Both the position numbers and the translations under genes were made by a program. Shown piece by piece: positions 49,172 through 61,622 of a DNA stretch of 64,000 nt (within the stretch, counting starts at the first letter, position 1; each line of letters opens with the position of its first letter). The stretch covers positions 32,676,001 through 32,740,000 of the forward strand of contig NC_086108.1 in NCBI RefSeq assembly GCF_963921235.1. The letters are read 5' to 3'. The stretch is from Mobula hypostoma (taxonomy: Eukaryota). The notes under the pieces are model-generated. The model saw only the letters and a list, made by a program, of their open reading frames with translations. It ran no database searches and was not told the origin of the DNA.

Positions 49172-49690
49172 AGTGTCTTTCATAGCCTCTCCTTTCTAGG
49201 TGTGGTGATCGCCACAGGACCACTGTTTGGCTTGCCAAGAGGTCACTCACATATGGCCTGTCCTACACTACTGTGTCCATAGCAACACCTTCACATGCTG
49301 TCTCTGTCTTCCTGCGTTTTCTATATCAAGGCGCGACCCAGTGACTGGCGGTACAACCAGGCGGGCAGGCTGGGCTCATCAGCCTTGGCTGGCAGCCGGT
49401 CTAGGAGAGGGACAGCTCCGATTCCAAACCCGGGTAGATGAGACTCATGAGCCTTACCAAGCAGTCTGTCTAGGAGAAGGAAAACTCCAATACTCAACCT
49501 GCAGCCTTGTGGGCGCCATAGTTGTCGCACCTTCCTGTACCTTTGAGGAACATCCCTCAGCTTAAAGAGTGGAATCGGTCTGCATTCACTGATCCTCACA
49601 ATAAACCTACAGGTGGGAAGAAAAGTCCTACAGCAATGGAGTTTTCCCTCCTGATCTTCGCAAGCGAAGAACCAGCCACCATCATCATCA
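49172..49690 (+). mobile_element. RTE-type non-autonomous element
   Basis: Duplicated GGCAGCCGGTCTAGGAGA(A)GG motif typical of RTE 5' UTRs; (ATC)n tail. Confidence 0.45.
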
Positions 49691-51871
49691 TACAAGGCTT
49701 TTGCACAGTACTGAACCTCAACCTCTTGTATTTTACTTGGTCGCCAGACCTGACTACCACTGATCTGGCCCTCAACACATTGCGGATCTCTGTGTCCATT
49801 CACTTTATTTATACCCCTCACTATTTTATATACCTCTATAATCTCACTACACTTCAGAGAAAAAGTCCTAGACCATCCGGTCTCTCTTTATTGCCCAAGC
49901 CCTTCAGTCCCGGTAAATGTGATTCTGTTTCATCAGAAAGTTACTGTTTCGTGGATTGGATTACAAGTGAAACCCTGCTAGTTTCCTTGGCTATGTAAGT
50001 CTAGGGAATACTCACTCCGATCCCGCCAAACCCACGAGACTGAGACAGCTCTCCCACCTCAAACCCCAGTGTGTGTGGATGCCCCAAATTCTTTATGAGG
50101 ACTCAGTCTCCAGGCATTAGGTGGGAGAACCTAACCTTTCGATCTTACCTCCTCTTATTTCCCTGATTCAGCTTGGTAGCCAAAACCTCTGCTACTTCAC
50201 AAGCCTTTTGCAGTTCCCTTCTCGTATCAGCCACATACTTCAGAAAAGTCTTCTGTTGTAGATCTCCCCTGCCAGTCCCAAAACACAGGTCAATGGGCAA
50301 CCTCGCCTCGCACCCAAACATCAGATAATACAGTGAGTACCCGGTAGCTTCATTCTGTGTACAGTTATACCAGTGAACCAGATGTCCAATACGTTGACTG
50401 CACTTGTTCTTTTTACTGATCTCCAAGTTTCCGAGCATGTCTAGCGAGGTCCGATTGAACCTCTTGGGCTGGGGATCACCTTGCGGATGATAAAGAGTAT
50501 TCTTCAACTTCGACTCCAAGCATGGTCAGTAACTCACGTATGAACCTACTCTCAAAATCCTGTCCCTGATAGCTATGTATTCACCTAGGGATGCCATAAT
50601 AAATGAAATACTTCTCCCGTAACATTTTGGCCACAATGGACACCTTCTGATCATTGGCAAGGAAGGCTTGTGCATATCTGGTGCTGGCATCAGGCTCTAT
50701 TGATAGGAAATCTATACACACCAGATCAAATAGCCCTGTGCTCTGCGTGGGATAACAGAGCGGCCCTTGTAGGCAGCGTCTTCCTCTGTATACATCAAAT
50801 GGATGACTTGCAGTACTCTTTGACTTCCTGCTTCATTCAGGGCAGGTAGATCCGATCTCTGAGCAATCCATAGGTCTTGTCAACCCCCAAATGACTGGAA
50901 TCATCACGAAGTGACTTCAACACAATCCTCCGATACTTCCCAGGCAGAACAAACTGGGAACGCCAAGGTCAGTCTGGGGGTGACGTGACCTGGCATAGAA
51001 TCTGGTTCCTCAACTCCAATCTGGGCCACTCTCTCAGTAGTAGAGACACCACAGCGTGTTTCAGCTTGTCCACTTGGGCCAGGTCCCCTTTTGCAACTGC
51101 TGACCAAACAATACCAATGCAAGGGTCATCTTGCTGGGCAGCGGCCACTTCCCCAGGACACAATTCCAGCAATTGCCTTGCCTTCAGAGCAGGCAGGTTG
51201 CAATAAGCTTGTGGAATGGTACCATCAAAAGCTCCTAAATGATCTACCTGACTTTTCTGTGCCTTCCCCATGATGGGAAATTGGCTTTGACTTTAGGGGC
51301 AGGAACGCTCTCTCACTCTCCGTCCCTGTCCAGCCCTTCATTTGCACGTCAGGACTACGCATCGGCACCAACGTTCGGGGTTCCCGGCCAGTACTTCAGG
51401 CTGAAATCATAGGCAGACAACGCCGCCAACCACCGATGGCCTGTGGCATCCACTTTCACCAAGGTCAGGATAGAAGTTAGAGGGTTGTTGTCCATCCTCA
51501 CCTCAAACTTGGCACCACATAGATAGTCGCAGCTTATCCACCACAACCCATTTTAATGCCAGGAACGCCAATTTGTGCGTAGGGTAGTTTCGCTCAGAGG
51601 GTGACAGACCTTGCCTGATGAAAGTGCCAAGTCTCAACCCCATGCCCTGATCCTGATACAGAACACCTCTAAGCCCTGTTTGCTGGCATCTGTATGCCAG
51701 ATATATGGCAACTGGAGGTCTGCAAAAACCAGCACTGGCGCTTTCATCAGCAGCTCCTTCAACAACTGAAAAAACCTCTTCACATTTTGCATCCCATCTT
51801 GCTCCAAAAGGCTCTGAAGGGCTAATATAGTCTTTACCATCCTCTCCTTTTGTTCTCCTTCCTTTCTTCCT

Positions 51872-52192
51872 TTCGGAGAAGGAAGTCTGAGAATCGGAGC
51901 GGGAGTGCAGAGGAAGCCATTTTTGAATTTTCCTGTTTTTTTTCCCATTGGCGTTCAGAGAGGCGGGACTGCACGGGTGTGTGACGTCGGGCAGTGAAGC
52001 GCGGAAGATTTAAAAGGACAGAAATCCTGCTTCGGGTTTAATTTGGAGAAGGAAGTCTGAGAATCGGAGCGGGAGTGCAGAGGAAGCCATTTTTGAATTT
52101 TTCGGTTTTTTTTCCATCGGCGTTCAGAGAGGCGGGACTGCGCAGGCGTGTGACGTTGGGCAGTGAAGCGCAGAAGATTTAAAAGGAACAGA
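51872..52192 (+). repeat. Tandem duplication (period 170 bp) in the CR1 5' UTR
   Basis: GGAGAAGGAAGTCTGAGAATCGGAGCGGGAG... starts at 51875 and 52045. Confidence 0.9.
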
Positions 52193-55100
52193 GCCTTATA
52201 CAGCGGGCAGCGTAGTTTGCGGGCTGCGGAGTGAGCTGGGAGCAGAGTGAAGGCTTAAGGGCTTCGGCTCAACGGGCTTAGGTGGAAACGGGTGAGGCGA
52301 GGAAGGTTTGGTATTCATTTTTTTTTGTTATTTGAGGAGAGGGGCAGTATGAGTGTGAGGGCAGCTTGTTGCTCTCGGTGTCGGATGTGGGAGGTCGTGG
52401 AGTCTCCAAGCCTCCCGGATGTCCACATCGGCGCCAGGTGCACCAAGATGCAGCTCCTAAGGGACTGCGTTAGGGAACTGGAGCTGCAGCTCGATGACCT
52501 TCGTCTGGTCAGGGAGAATGAGGAGTTGCTAGAGAGGAGTTACAGGCAGGTGGTCACACCGGGGGCACGGGAGGCAGACAAGTAGGTCACGGTTAGGAAG
52601 GGGAAGAGGAAGAGTCAGGTAATAGAGAGTACCCCAGTGGCTGTGCCCCTTGACAATAGATACTCCTGTTTGAGTACTGTTGGGGGGCACAGCTCACCTA
52701 GGGGAAACGACAGTGGCCGTGCCTCTGGCACAGAGTCCGGCCTTGTAGCTCAGAAGGGTAGGGAAAGGAAGAGGAGGGCAGTTGTAATAAGGGACTCAAT
52801 AGTAAGGGGGTCAGATAGGCGATTTTGTGGACGCAGTCCAGAAACCCGGATGGTAGTTTGCCTCCCTGGTCCCAGGGTCCGGGATATTTCTGATCGTGTC
52901 CAAGATATCCTGAAGTGGGATGGTGAGGAGCCAGAGATCGTGGTACATATAGGTACCAATGACATAGGTAGGAAAAGGGAAGAGGTCCTGAAAGGAGAAT
53001 ATAGGGAGTTAGGAAGGGAGTTGAGAAAAAGGACCGCAAAGGTAGTAATCTCGGGATTACTGCCTGTGCCACGCGACAGTGAGAGTAGGAATGCGATGAG
53101 GTGGAGGATAAATGCGTGGCTGAGGGATTGGAGCAGGGGGCAGGGATTCAAGTTTTTGGATCATTGGGACCTCTTTTGGTGCAGGTGTGACCTGTACAAA
53201 AAGGATGGGTTACACTTGAATCCTAGGGGGACCAATATCCTGGCGGGGAGATTTACAAGGGCTACTGAGGTGACTTTAAACTAGAATGGTTGGGGGGTGG
53301 GAATCAAATTAAAGAGACTAGGAGAGAGGAGGTTAGTTCACAACAGGGGGATGGGAACAAGTGCACAGAGACAGAGGGTGTAAAATAAGGGTAGAAGCAA
53401 AAAGTAGTAAGGTGAAAAGTAAAAGTGGCAGGCCGGCAAATCCAGGGCAAAAATCAAAAAGGGCCACTTTTCATCATAATTGTATAAGGGCTAAGAGTGT
53501 TGTAAAAGCGAGCCTGAAGGCTTTGTGTGTCAATGCAAGGAGCATTCGTAACAAGGTGGATGAATTAAAAGTGAAGATTGTTATTAATGAATATGATATA
53601 GTTGGGATCACAGAGACATGGCTCCAGGGTGACCAAGGATGGGAGCTCAACATTCAGGGATATCCAATATTCAGGAGGGATAGACATGAAAGAGAAGGAG
53701 GTGGGGTAGCATCGCTGGTTAGAGAGGAGATTAACGCAATAGAAAGGAAGGACATAAGCCGGGAAGATGTGGAATCGATATGGGTAGAGCTGCGTAACAC
53801 TAAGGGGCAGAAAACGCTGGTGGAAGTTGTGTACAGGCCACCTAACAGTAGTAGTGAGGTTGGGGATGGTATTAAACGGGAAATTAGAAATGTGTGCAAT
53901 AAAGGAACAGCAGTTATAATGGGTGACTTCAATCTACGTATAGATTCGGTGAACCAAATTGGTAAAGGTGCTGAGGAAGAGGATTTCTTGGAATGTATGT
54001 GGGATGGTTCTTTGAACCAACATGTCGAGGAACCAACTAGAGAGCAGGCTCTTCTAGACTGGGTTTTGAGCAATGAGGAAGGGTTAATTAGCAATCTTGT
54101 CGTGAGAGGCCCCTTGGGTAAGAGTGACCATAATATGGTGGAATTCTTCATTAAGATGGAAAGTGACATAGTTAATTCAGAAACAAAGTTTCTGAACTTA
54201 AAGCAGGGTAACTTTGAAGGAATGAGACGTGAATTAGCCAAGATAGACTGGCAAATCACACTTAAAGGGTTGACGGTGGATATGCAATGGCAAGCATTTA
54301 AAGATCGCATGGATGAACTATAACAATTGTTCATCCCAGTTTGCCGAAAGAATAATTCAGGGAAGGCAGTGCACCCGTGGCTGACAAGGGAAATTAGGGA
54401 TAGTATCAATTCCAAAGAAGAAGCATACAAATTAGCCAGAAAAAGTGGCTCACCTGAGGACTGGGAGAAATTCAGAGTCCAACAGAGGAGGTCAAAGGGC
54501 TTAATTAGGAAAGGGAAAAAAGATTATGAGAGAAAACTGGCAGGGAACATAAAAACTGACTGTAAAAGCTTTTATAGATATGTGAAAAGAAAAAGAATGG
54601 TTAAGACAAATGTAGGTCCCCTACAGACAGAAACAGGTGAATTGATTATGGGGAGCAAGGACATGGCAGACCAATTGAATAACTACTTTGGTTCTGTCTT
54701 CCCTAAGGAGGATATAAATAATCTTCTGGAAATAGTAGGGGACAGAGGGTCCAGTGAGATGGAGGAACTGAGGGAAATACATGTTAGTAGGGAAGTGGCG
54801 TTAGGTAAATTGAAGTGATTAAAGGCAGATAAATCCCCAGGGCCAGATGGTCTGCATCCCAGAGTGCTTAAGGAAGTAGCCCAAGAAATAGTGGATGCAT
54901 TTGTGATAATTTTTCAAAACTCGTTAGATTCTGGACTAGTTCCTGAGGATTGGAGGGTGGCTAATGTAACCCCACTTTTTAAAAAAGGAGGGAGAGAGAA
55001 ACCGGGGAATTGTAGACTGGTTAGACTAATGTCGGTGGTGGGGAACTGCTGGAGTCAGTTATCAAAGATGTGATAACAGCACATTTGGAAAGCGGTGAAA

Positions 55101-55447
55101 TCATCGGACAAAGTCAGCATGGATTTGTGAAAGGAAAATCATGTCTGACGAATTTCATAGAATTTTTTGAGGATGTAACTAGTAGAATGGATAGGGGAGA
55201 ACCAGTGGATGTGGTATATTTGGATTTTCAAAAGGCTTTTGACAAGGTCCCACACAGGAGATTAGTGTGCAAACTTAAAGCACACGGTATTGGGGTTAAG
55301 GTATTGATGTGGATAGAGAATTGGTCGGCAGACAGGAAGCAAAGGGTGGGAATAAATGGGACCTTTTCAGAATGGCAGGCAGTGACTAGTGGGGTACCGC
55401 AAGGCTCAGTGCTGGGACCCCAGTTGTTTACAATATATACTAATGAC
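51872..55447 (+). mobile_element. CR1 LINE with intact 5' end, 3'-truncated
   Basis: ORF1 from ~52329: CxxC + leucine zipper, SGNH esterase (IRDSIVRG, HIGTND, DGLHLN); ORF2 APE (NARSIRNK, GITETWL, MGDFN, SDH) and RT up to GVPQGSVLGPQLFTIYTND; few stops. Confidence 0.95.
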
Positions 55448-56748
55448 CACAGAACCCGAGGAATAATTGCAGGGGCCTTGGACATGTGGTCACATGAGGC
55501 CACATGGTTCCTTAGCTATTCTTCTCACGAGACTACCTGCCGACCCCTGCAGCGTCTATAACCATGTATCTCAATCACTGCACTAGACAATAGTTTAAAC
55601 ACAGGCTTAAAAACACAACCCACTGGATCAATGCTCAGGGCAATCACACAGCATCCAACGAAATCAATCTGGGATGATACCCCCATAAGTGAAACCCCGC
55701 TGGTTTCCTTGGCTGTATGAGATTGAGCTGGCTCTCCCATCCCAAACCTCGGTTTTGGTGGATACTGTGTAATTTGCAACCCTGTAACAACTCAGTGCCA
55801 AGAAACAACAGGCCGTACACTGCATACGATTAAAGGAATCATTTTATGAATCTTAACTTAAGGATTAGTAAAGAAAAGAAAGGAAAAAACCTAAAAGAGC
55901 CCATTATAATTGGACGGTCAAATATGGACAAGTTGGAGTTCAACTCTTCCCATCGCATCAAAATTCATATTCACCGATTCTCAGTCGATCTCGGTGCCTG
56001 GCTCCATTGAATCACCAGGTCTTATCCTACGCCCAGTTCTCCCCAGTGTCTTCTCTGTTCATCTCCCGCCGAACAAAAGACCCAGCTCACATTCCAAAGC
56101 ACCCGTTACCTCTACTATAACCCAAACACTGCTTCTATAGAAAGATGATTACATTAGCAGTGAAACCTTTACACAAGGAGAGAATGTAAACTTGGCCATT
56201 TATTCAAAATTCAAGGATGATTTTATTTACGTTTATTGTTTTTAAGGTAATTGGTCAGGAGAGAGAAACTGCTTTTGCTGGTGGGGAATGTCAAATGCCA
56301 TTAAAGAGAGAAGGTAAAAGGTTTCATCCAGTCAGTTATAAGAAATTATCAGAGAACTGCAGTAAATGCTTACTGAATCTTAAACTTGAAACTTGACTGG
56401 ATCTTAATCTGCTGGAGCACAGAAGGAAACATATGGATGAAACAGACATGGATCATTGTAAGGGAGAACATGCTGAAGTGACTAGCGGACCTCCCCATGT
56501 CCTCATGTAATCATTCGTTGTATCCATTGTCACATCAGAGGCATTAATATTTTTTTATACAAATTTGTGTCATTTGATTAGAAAGTGCTGATGCAATGGG
56601 TGGTGAAGAGGAGATGTTTTTGTAACATCATATAACAGATGAGGCTTGGAACAGCACTTGCCAGGCAGATACAGACAGGTGGAAGTTTACTTTTACGCAC
56701 ACAGTATTTAAAAATCGATTTAGATTCTATTGTCTATGTTCTCCTCAC

Positions 56749-56891
56749 CTGTTTTGCTTGTTGACTGATTTCAACTGCAAGGTCACTCCCAGAGTTTCCA
56801 ATTCCGACTATTACCACTCTTTTCCCTTCGAATTGTTGGGGTCCTTTGTAATCTTTACTATGCATGTATTGACCCTTGAACTTTTCTATAC
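56749..56891 (-). CDS. fmo5: FMO5-like exon 5 (143 bp, absent from the ORF track)
   Basis: ccccag|GT..CAG|gtgagg; [48 protein letters not shown] contains the FMO signature FxGxxxHxxxY and NADPH-binding GxGxxG. Confidence 0.96.
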
Positions 56892-58667
56892 CTGGGGAAA
56901 ATTAAGACAGTCAGTGTTAGAGCATTTTGCTTGGTGAGTATACAATACAACTCTGTAATTATAGTCAGTATACATAACACAGTAGGCTAAATAAGTTGTA
57001 TATTTATGCCTTGTGGATAAATAGTTAAAGCATCATTGAAATTTCAGCAGAGTTATTATTTACCCTAAATCTATGGCTGGTTTATTGTCAGTCTTTTCCC
57101 ACTGCCTTAATTTTTCCTGCTCAATTTCTACAACTAATCAGCTTCAATGTACCAGTTGTAGACTGAACCTGGGGACTCAATAATCACAAAACCCATCAGT
57201 ATTTTTTAGCCATACTAAATACGACCATGCTCCCCAATCCCACTTCAAAGTTACCATTCTTTCCCCTTTCACATTTCTATCAAAGATGTTTTACAGGCTA
57301 AATATTTTCCTCCTATAATGATGTTTTATCTTCCCTACCTCTTAAAATATTCTTTAATTTTCAAAACCCTTTCAACTAACCATTAAGCCGATACATTCTT
57401 TTAAATCAAAGAGTACCAAAAATAGCACACATTGAAGAATTGCTCCCTTATTCATTCTTTCAGATAATTACATTATAAATTTTTTGCTAATGTCAGAGTT
57501 TAAATAATGAAAGGCATTATTTTAATTGAGTTCAGAAAATAATTGAAATTGTCCAAAGCTTCCAAAGCTCCATGTCAAATGGAGATATCAGAGAACATGC
57601 ACAACTAAAGTATAGGACCAATGTTCAGCGTGCTGGTGGGAGGCGGGGTTAGTGGGGTGGCTAGGAACGGGGAAATAGCAGAACCCAGGGCTACTTTCAC
57701 AAATCACTATTGTTGTAGCAGTGCACAATGCTTCTCTTTTCTAAACGTGCAACTTCAGGAACTGCTGGCAAGATTAATGCTCAGGGCTTATTGACTCACA
57801 GAAAGCAGGAGCTAATTTCTAGGAGCTGTTGGCAAAACGAATCCAGGGATCATTACCTCTGATTATGACCTATGCAATGCTGGAAAATTGCTTCAACTTT
57901 CTGAGTAGTCAAGAAGAGAAAATGAACAGATAATACCTTTGTTTTACAAAATAAAATATGGAGTATGCACCTTTTTGCTTGATGAAAACATTTAGTGATA
58001 TAAATATTTGCTCTTAAAGTACTCTTTGATCTACTTCTTCATTTAGACTCCTTTCTTTCCAGGTAAGATATGGCTTCTTATTTTTTCCTACTAAATGTGA
58101 TACTTTGAAGTTGTCTATTTTTAGAACAATTTTCCAATTACACATCCATTGCATATGCACCGAATTACAAAAAGAGTCATGGTCATTAACCAAGCTGAGC
58201 ATTCATATATGGTCTACAAATTTTTAAATTATCATTGATTCTGAAGTATCATATTGTTTCATATAAAATGTCAGTAGTGGTGCCATCTCTCATCCTTGAG
58301 GGATCACAATTCTTTGTTCTTGCCACTTTGGAAACTACTCATTCTACCAGCTCTTTGTCTTCCATCAAGTACCCAGCAAGCTACTTCACTACTTGTCTCC
58401 AAACGCCAGATGTACTGAATTTTTCAAAAGGCTTGGTCATTATCACTTTGCACTTTGGGCGGCATTGCTAACCATAGATCTGCATCAGGGTAGATATGAA
58501 AAATTGTAAACAAAAATATATTTATAGTATTTGGCATACAGAGGTTGCTTCACGAAACACTGCAAACTGAAATCCTTCTTATTAATGTCTTACACTGTAG
58601 AGAAAGTGTTTTCATCTTAATCCCCTCAAACTGTGCTTTAACTGATGAATATACTCCTTTTACTCAC

Positions 58668-58833
58668 CAGGAAATGTATCCAGAGGTAAATGAGGATTAG
58701 CGTGATGACCGATACAGACCAAGATAGCATCAAAGGTAGTTGTTTCCAAATTTCCCTCAGCGTCTCTTGCCACTACATCCCACTGTCCAGTGGTGGAGAA
58801 ATCTGCCCGCTGTGTAATACTGCATACACTGGT
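58668..58833 (-). CDS. fmo5: FMO5-like exon 4 (166 bp, absent from the ORF track)
   Basis: ctgtag|ACC..CCTG|gtgagt; TSVCSITQRADFSTTGQWDVVARDAEGNLETTTFDAILVCIGHHANPHLPLDTFP(G). Confidence 0.95.
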
Positions 58834-59955
58834 CTACAGCAAGAACCAAAAAGACCATAAGACATAGGAGCAGAATTATCAAGTCTGCTCCGCTATTCAA
58901 TCATGGCTGATCCTTCTTTTTTCCTCCTCCTCAACCCCGCATCCCAGCCTTCTCTCTATAACCTTTGATGCCATGTTCAATCAAGAACTTATCAATCTCT
59001 GCCTTAAATACAGCCAACGACCTGGCCTCCACAGCTGCATGTGGGAACAAATTCCACAAATTCAACATCCTTTGGCTAAAGGAATTTCTCCGCATCTCTG
59101 TTTTGAAAGGGCGCCCTTCTATCCTGAGGCTGTGTCCTCTGGTTCTAGAATCTCCCACTATGGGAAACATTCTTTCCACATCTACTCTGTCTATCAACAT
59201 TCGAAAGACTTCAACAAGGTCCCCCCTCATCCTTCTGAATTCCAGCAAGTACAGACCCAGAGCCATCAAACGTTCCTCGTATAATAACTCTTTCATTCCT
59301 GGAATCATCCTTGTGAACCTCCTCTGGACCCTCTCCAATGCCAGCACATCTTTTCTAAGATGAGAGACACAAAACTGTTCACAATACTCAAGGTGCATCA
59401 CCAGTGCCTTATAAAGCCTCAGCATCACATCCTTGCCCTTGTATTCTAGACCTCTTGAAATGAATGCTAACATTAAATTTGCCTTCCTCACCACCTACTT
59501 GGCCTGCAAGTTTAGGTGTTCTGCACAAGGACTCCCAAGTCTCTTTGCATCTCAGGTTTTTGGATTTTCTCCCCGTTTAGAAAACAGTCCACACATTTAT
59601 TTTTCCTACCAAAGTGCATGACCATGCATTTTCCAACATTGTATTTCATTTGCCACTTTCTTGCCCATTCTCCTAATCTGTCTAAGTCCTTCTGCATCCT
59701 ACCTCTTTCCTCAACACTATCTGCCCCTCCACCAATCTTCGTATCATCTACAAACTTGGCAACAAAGCCATCTATTCCATCATCTAAGTTATATACGGCA
59801 TAAAAAGAAGTGGTCCCAACACCAACTCCTGCGGAACATCACTAGTCACCGGCAGCCAATCAGAAAAGGATCCTTTTATTCCCACTTACTGCCTCCTACC
59901 AATCAGCCAATGCTCTAACCATGTTCGTAACTTTCCTGTAATACCATAGGCTCTT

Positions 59956-61622
59956 CTTTTCAATATTTTTATTAGTTTCTACATAGAAGAAAACAGAGTA
60001 CAAGAAAGTATATAAAGGTCGAAAAAAAAACAACTACCAATTACATTATATCTATTCATAACAACAATCTCTTACCCTGTATTCATGTAGGTTAGTCAAA
60101 GTTATATTGAAATATACTAATTTATTACAACAAAAAGAATCTAATGCCTACCAAGACCGATGCTGTTTATTAAAGAGAAAAAAAGGTAAAATACCTTCTC
60201 GTATAATAAAAATTAATAATAGCCAACATCTAAATTTAAGCAACGAATTAAGGGTTTTGGAAGTTTTGAAAATAATTCAGAAAGGGTCCCAACAATATTT
60301 GAAAGTCTTGACAAGATTCAGAAATTGAACAATGAATCTTCTCTAAATCTAAGCATGACATAATATTGCATAACCATTGAGCATGAGTAGGGGGAGAAAC
60401 ATCTTTCCATTTAAACAAGAGCGCCCTCCTAGCTATAAGAGAGCTAAAGGCCAAAATATCTAAATCTGATGTCTTCAACTTGATCTCTTGTCCTGCAACA
60501 ATACCGAATAGGGCCGTCAGAGGATTAGGCTTCAAATTGACTTTGAAAAGTAAAGAAAAAGTTTGAAAAACTTCCTTCCAATATTTTTCAAGACATGGAC
60601 AAGTCCAAAACATATGAATTAATGAAGCTTCTCCATTACTGCATCTGTCACAGTAGGGGGATATATCTGAATAAAAACGAAATAGCTTATCTTTAGTCAT
60701 ATGGACTCTATGTACCACCTGGCACTCAGCTCTCACCTGTGGCACCCTGTAGCTGTTTGCATGCGACAGTGACCACACCCTGGGCAACGGCTTCAACAAG
60801 CCGGCTAAACCAGGTGAGGGTAGCCGATGGGTCTCAAACCCTCGGTGAGATAGGGAGTTGTCTATCCCAACATGTGAAGACAGACTCCGGTGGATTGAGC
60901 AGACGATACCAATGGAAGGTCCAACAGTCAAGAAGGCGGTCTCTGCAAGCGGCGTGGAACGTGTAGAGCAGGACAAGACACAGAAGACGTCCTGGTCATC
61001 CACTGCACCTAGTCCCATCTCCAGCCGTCTCGACTCTGTCTTGCCACTGGATCCAGATGGGAATTGGGAAGAGAGAGTGAGGCTGACGCTGCGCAACTCT
61101 CCCTCCAAATCCAAATCACGTGCTAGTCTGGACACCATCAAATGGTGTCGAGGTCCTTATCGGTGTCGATGATGGACGAACACGTATGTACCACCTTAAA
61201 TTGTATGAAGGAGTGGCAAGCACATAGTGAGGACGTATTAACTGGTTTAAAAATTTCATTCCAAGTTTCCTCAGATATTGATGTCTGTAAGTTTTGTTCC
61301 CAGAGATTCTTAATTTTGTCTAAAGGAACATACCTCGTCTCCAGTAACATACCATAAATATTAGATATTGAACCATTATAAAAAGGTGTCAAATTAAAAA
61401 TTACATCCAGTAAGTTCTTATCTGAGCTTATAGGAAATGTGCATAATTGAGATCTTAGAAAGTCTCTAATTTGTAGATATCTAAAAAAGTGAGTTTTGGG
61501 TAGGCTATATTTAGCTGACAATTGCTCAAATGAAAAAGGATTTCCTCCAACAAACAGATCCCCAAAACATTTAATAGCTAGCCTGTCCCATTCTTTAAAA
61601 ACTAAATCAGTCATGGAAGGTT
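59956..61622 (-). mobile_element. L1-clade 3' fragment inserted in CR1
   Basis: THFFRYLQIRDFL; CDRC..EASLIHMFWTC; TSD AT(A/G)GGCTCTT at 59946-59955 and 61623-61632; same family as 29748-30845. Confidence 0.88.
60721..61184 (+). mobile_element. 464-bp non-coding retroposon (RTE 5'-UTR-like) inserted in L1
   Basis: 12-bp TSD TATGTACCACCT (60709-60720, 61185-61196); orientation and family are inferred. Confidence 0.75.

Larger units (their letters stand above)
49960..56173 (-). mobile_element. Second Gypsy element, deleted and interrupted by CR1
   Basis: RNase H (APVLVFADLQLPYIWHTDAS; DNNPLTSIL..HRWLAALSAYDFSLKY) and integrase (YHPQGDPQPKRFNRT..YNCTQNEATGYS) at 50145-51850; LTR-like 55686-56173 with partial copy at 49962-50080; degenerate tRNA-Pro-like PBS TGGGGGTATCATCCCAGAT. 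Confidence 0.75.

Noticed and set aside
52637..53284. SGNH/GDSL esterase as a host or horizontally acquired gene
   Set aside because: It is the known esterase domain of CR1 ORF1, directly upstream of APE-RT, with a stop at ~52583 and GDS changed to RDS
53654..54430. 258-aa minus-strand ORF
   Set aside because: Antisense shadow of CR1 ORF2
60248..61141. 297-aa ORF as a novel gene
   Set aside because: Chance fusion of the reverse strand of the 464-bp insert with the L1 C-terminal knuckle; the junction coincides with the TSD
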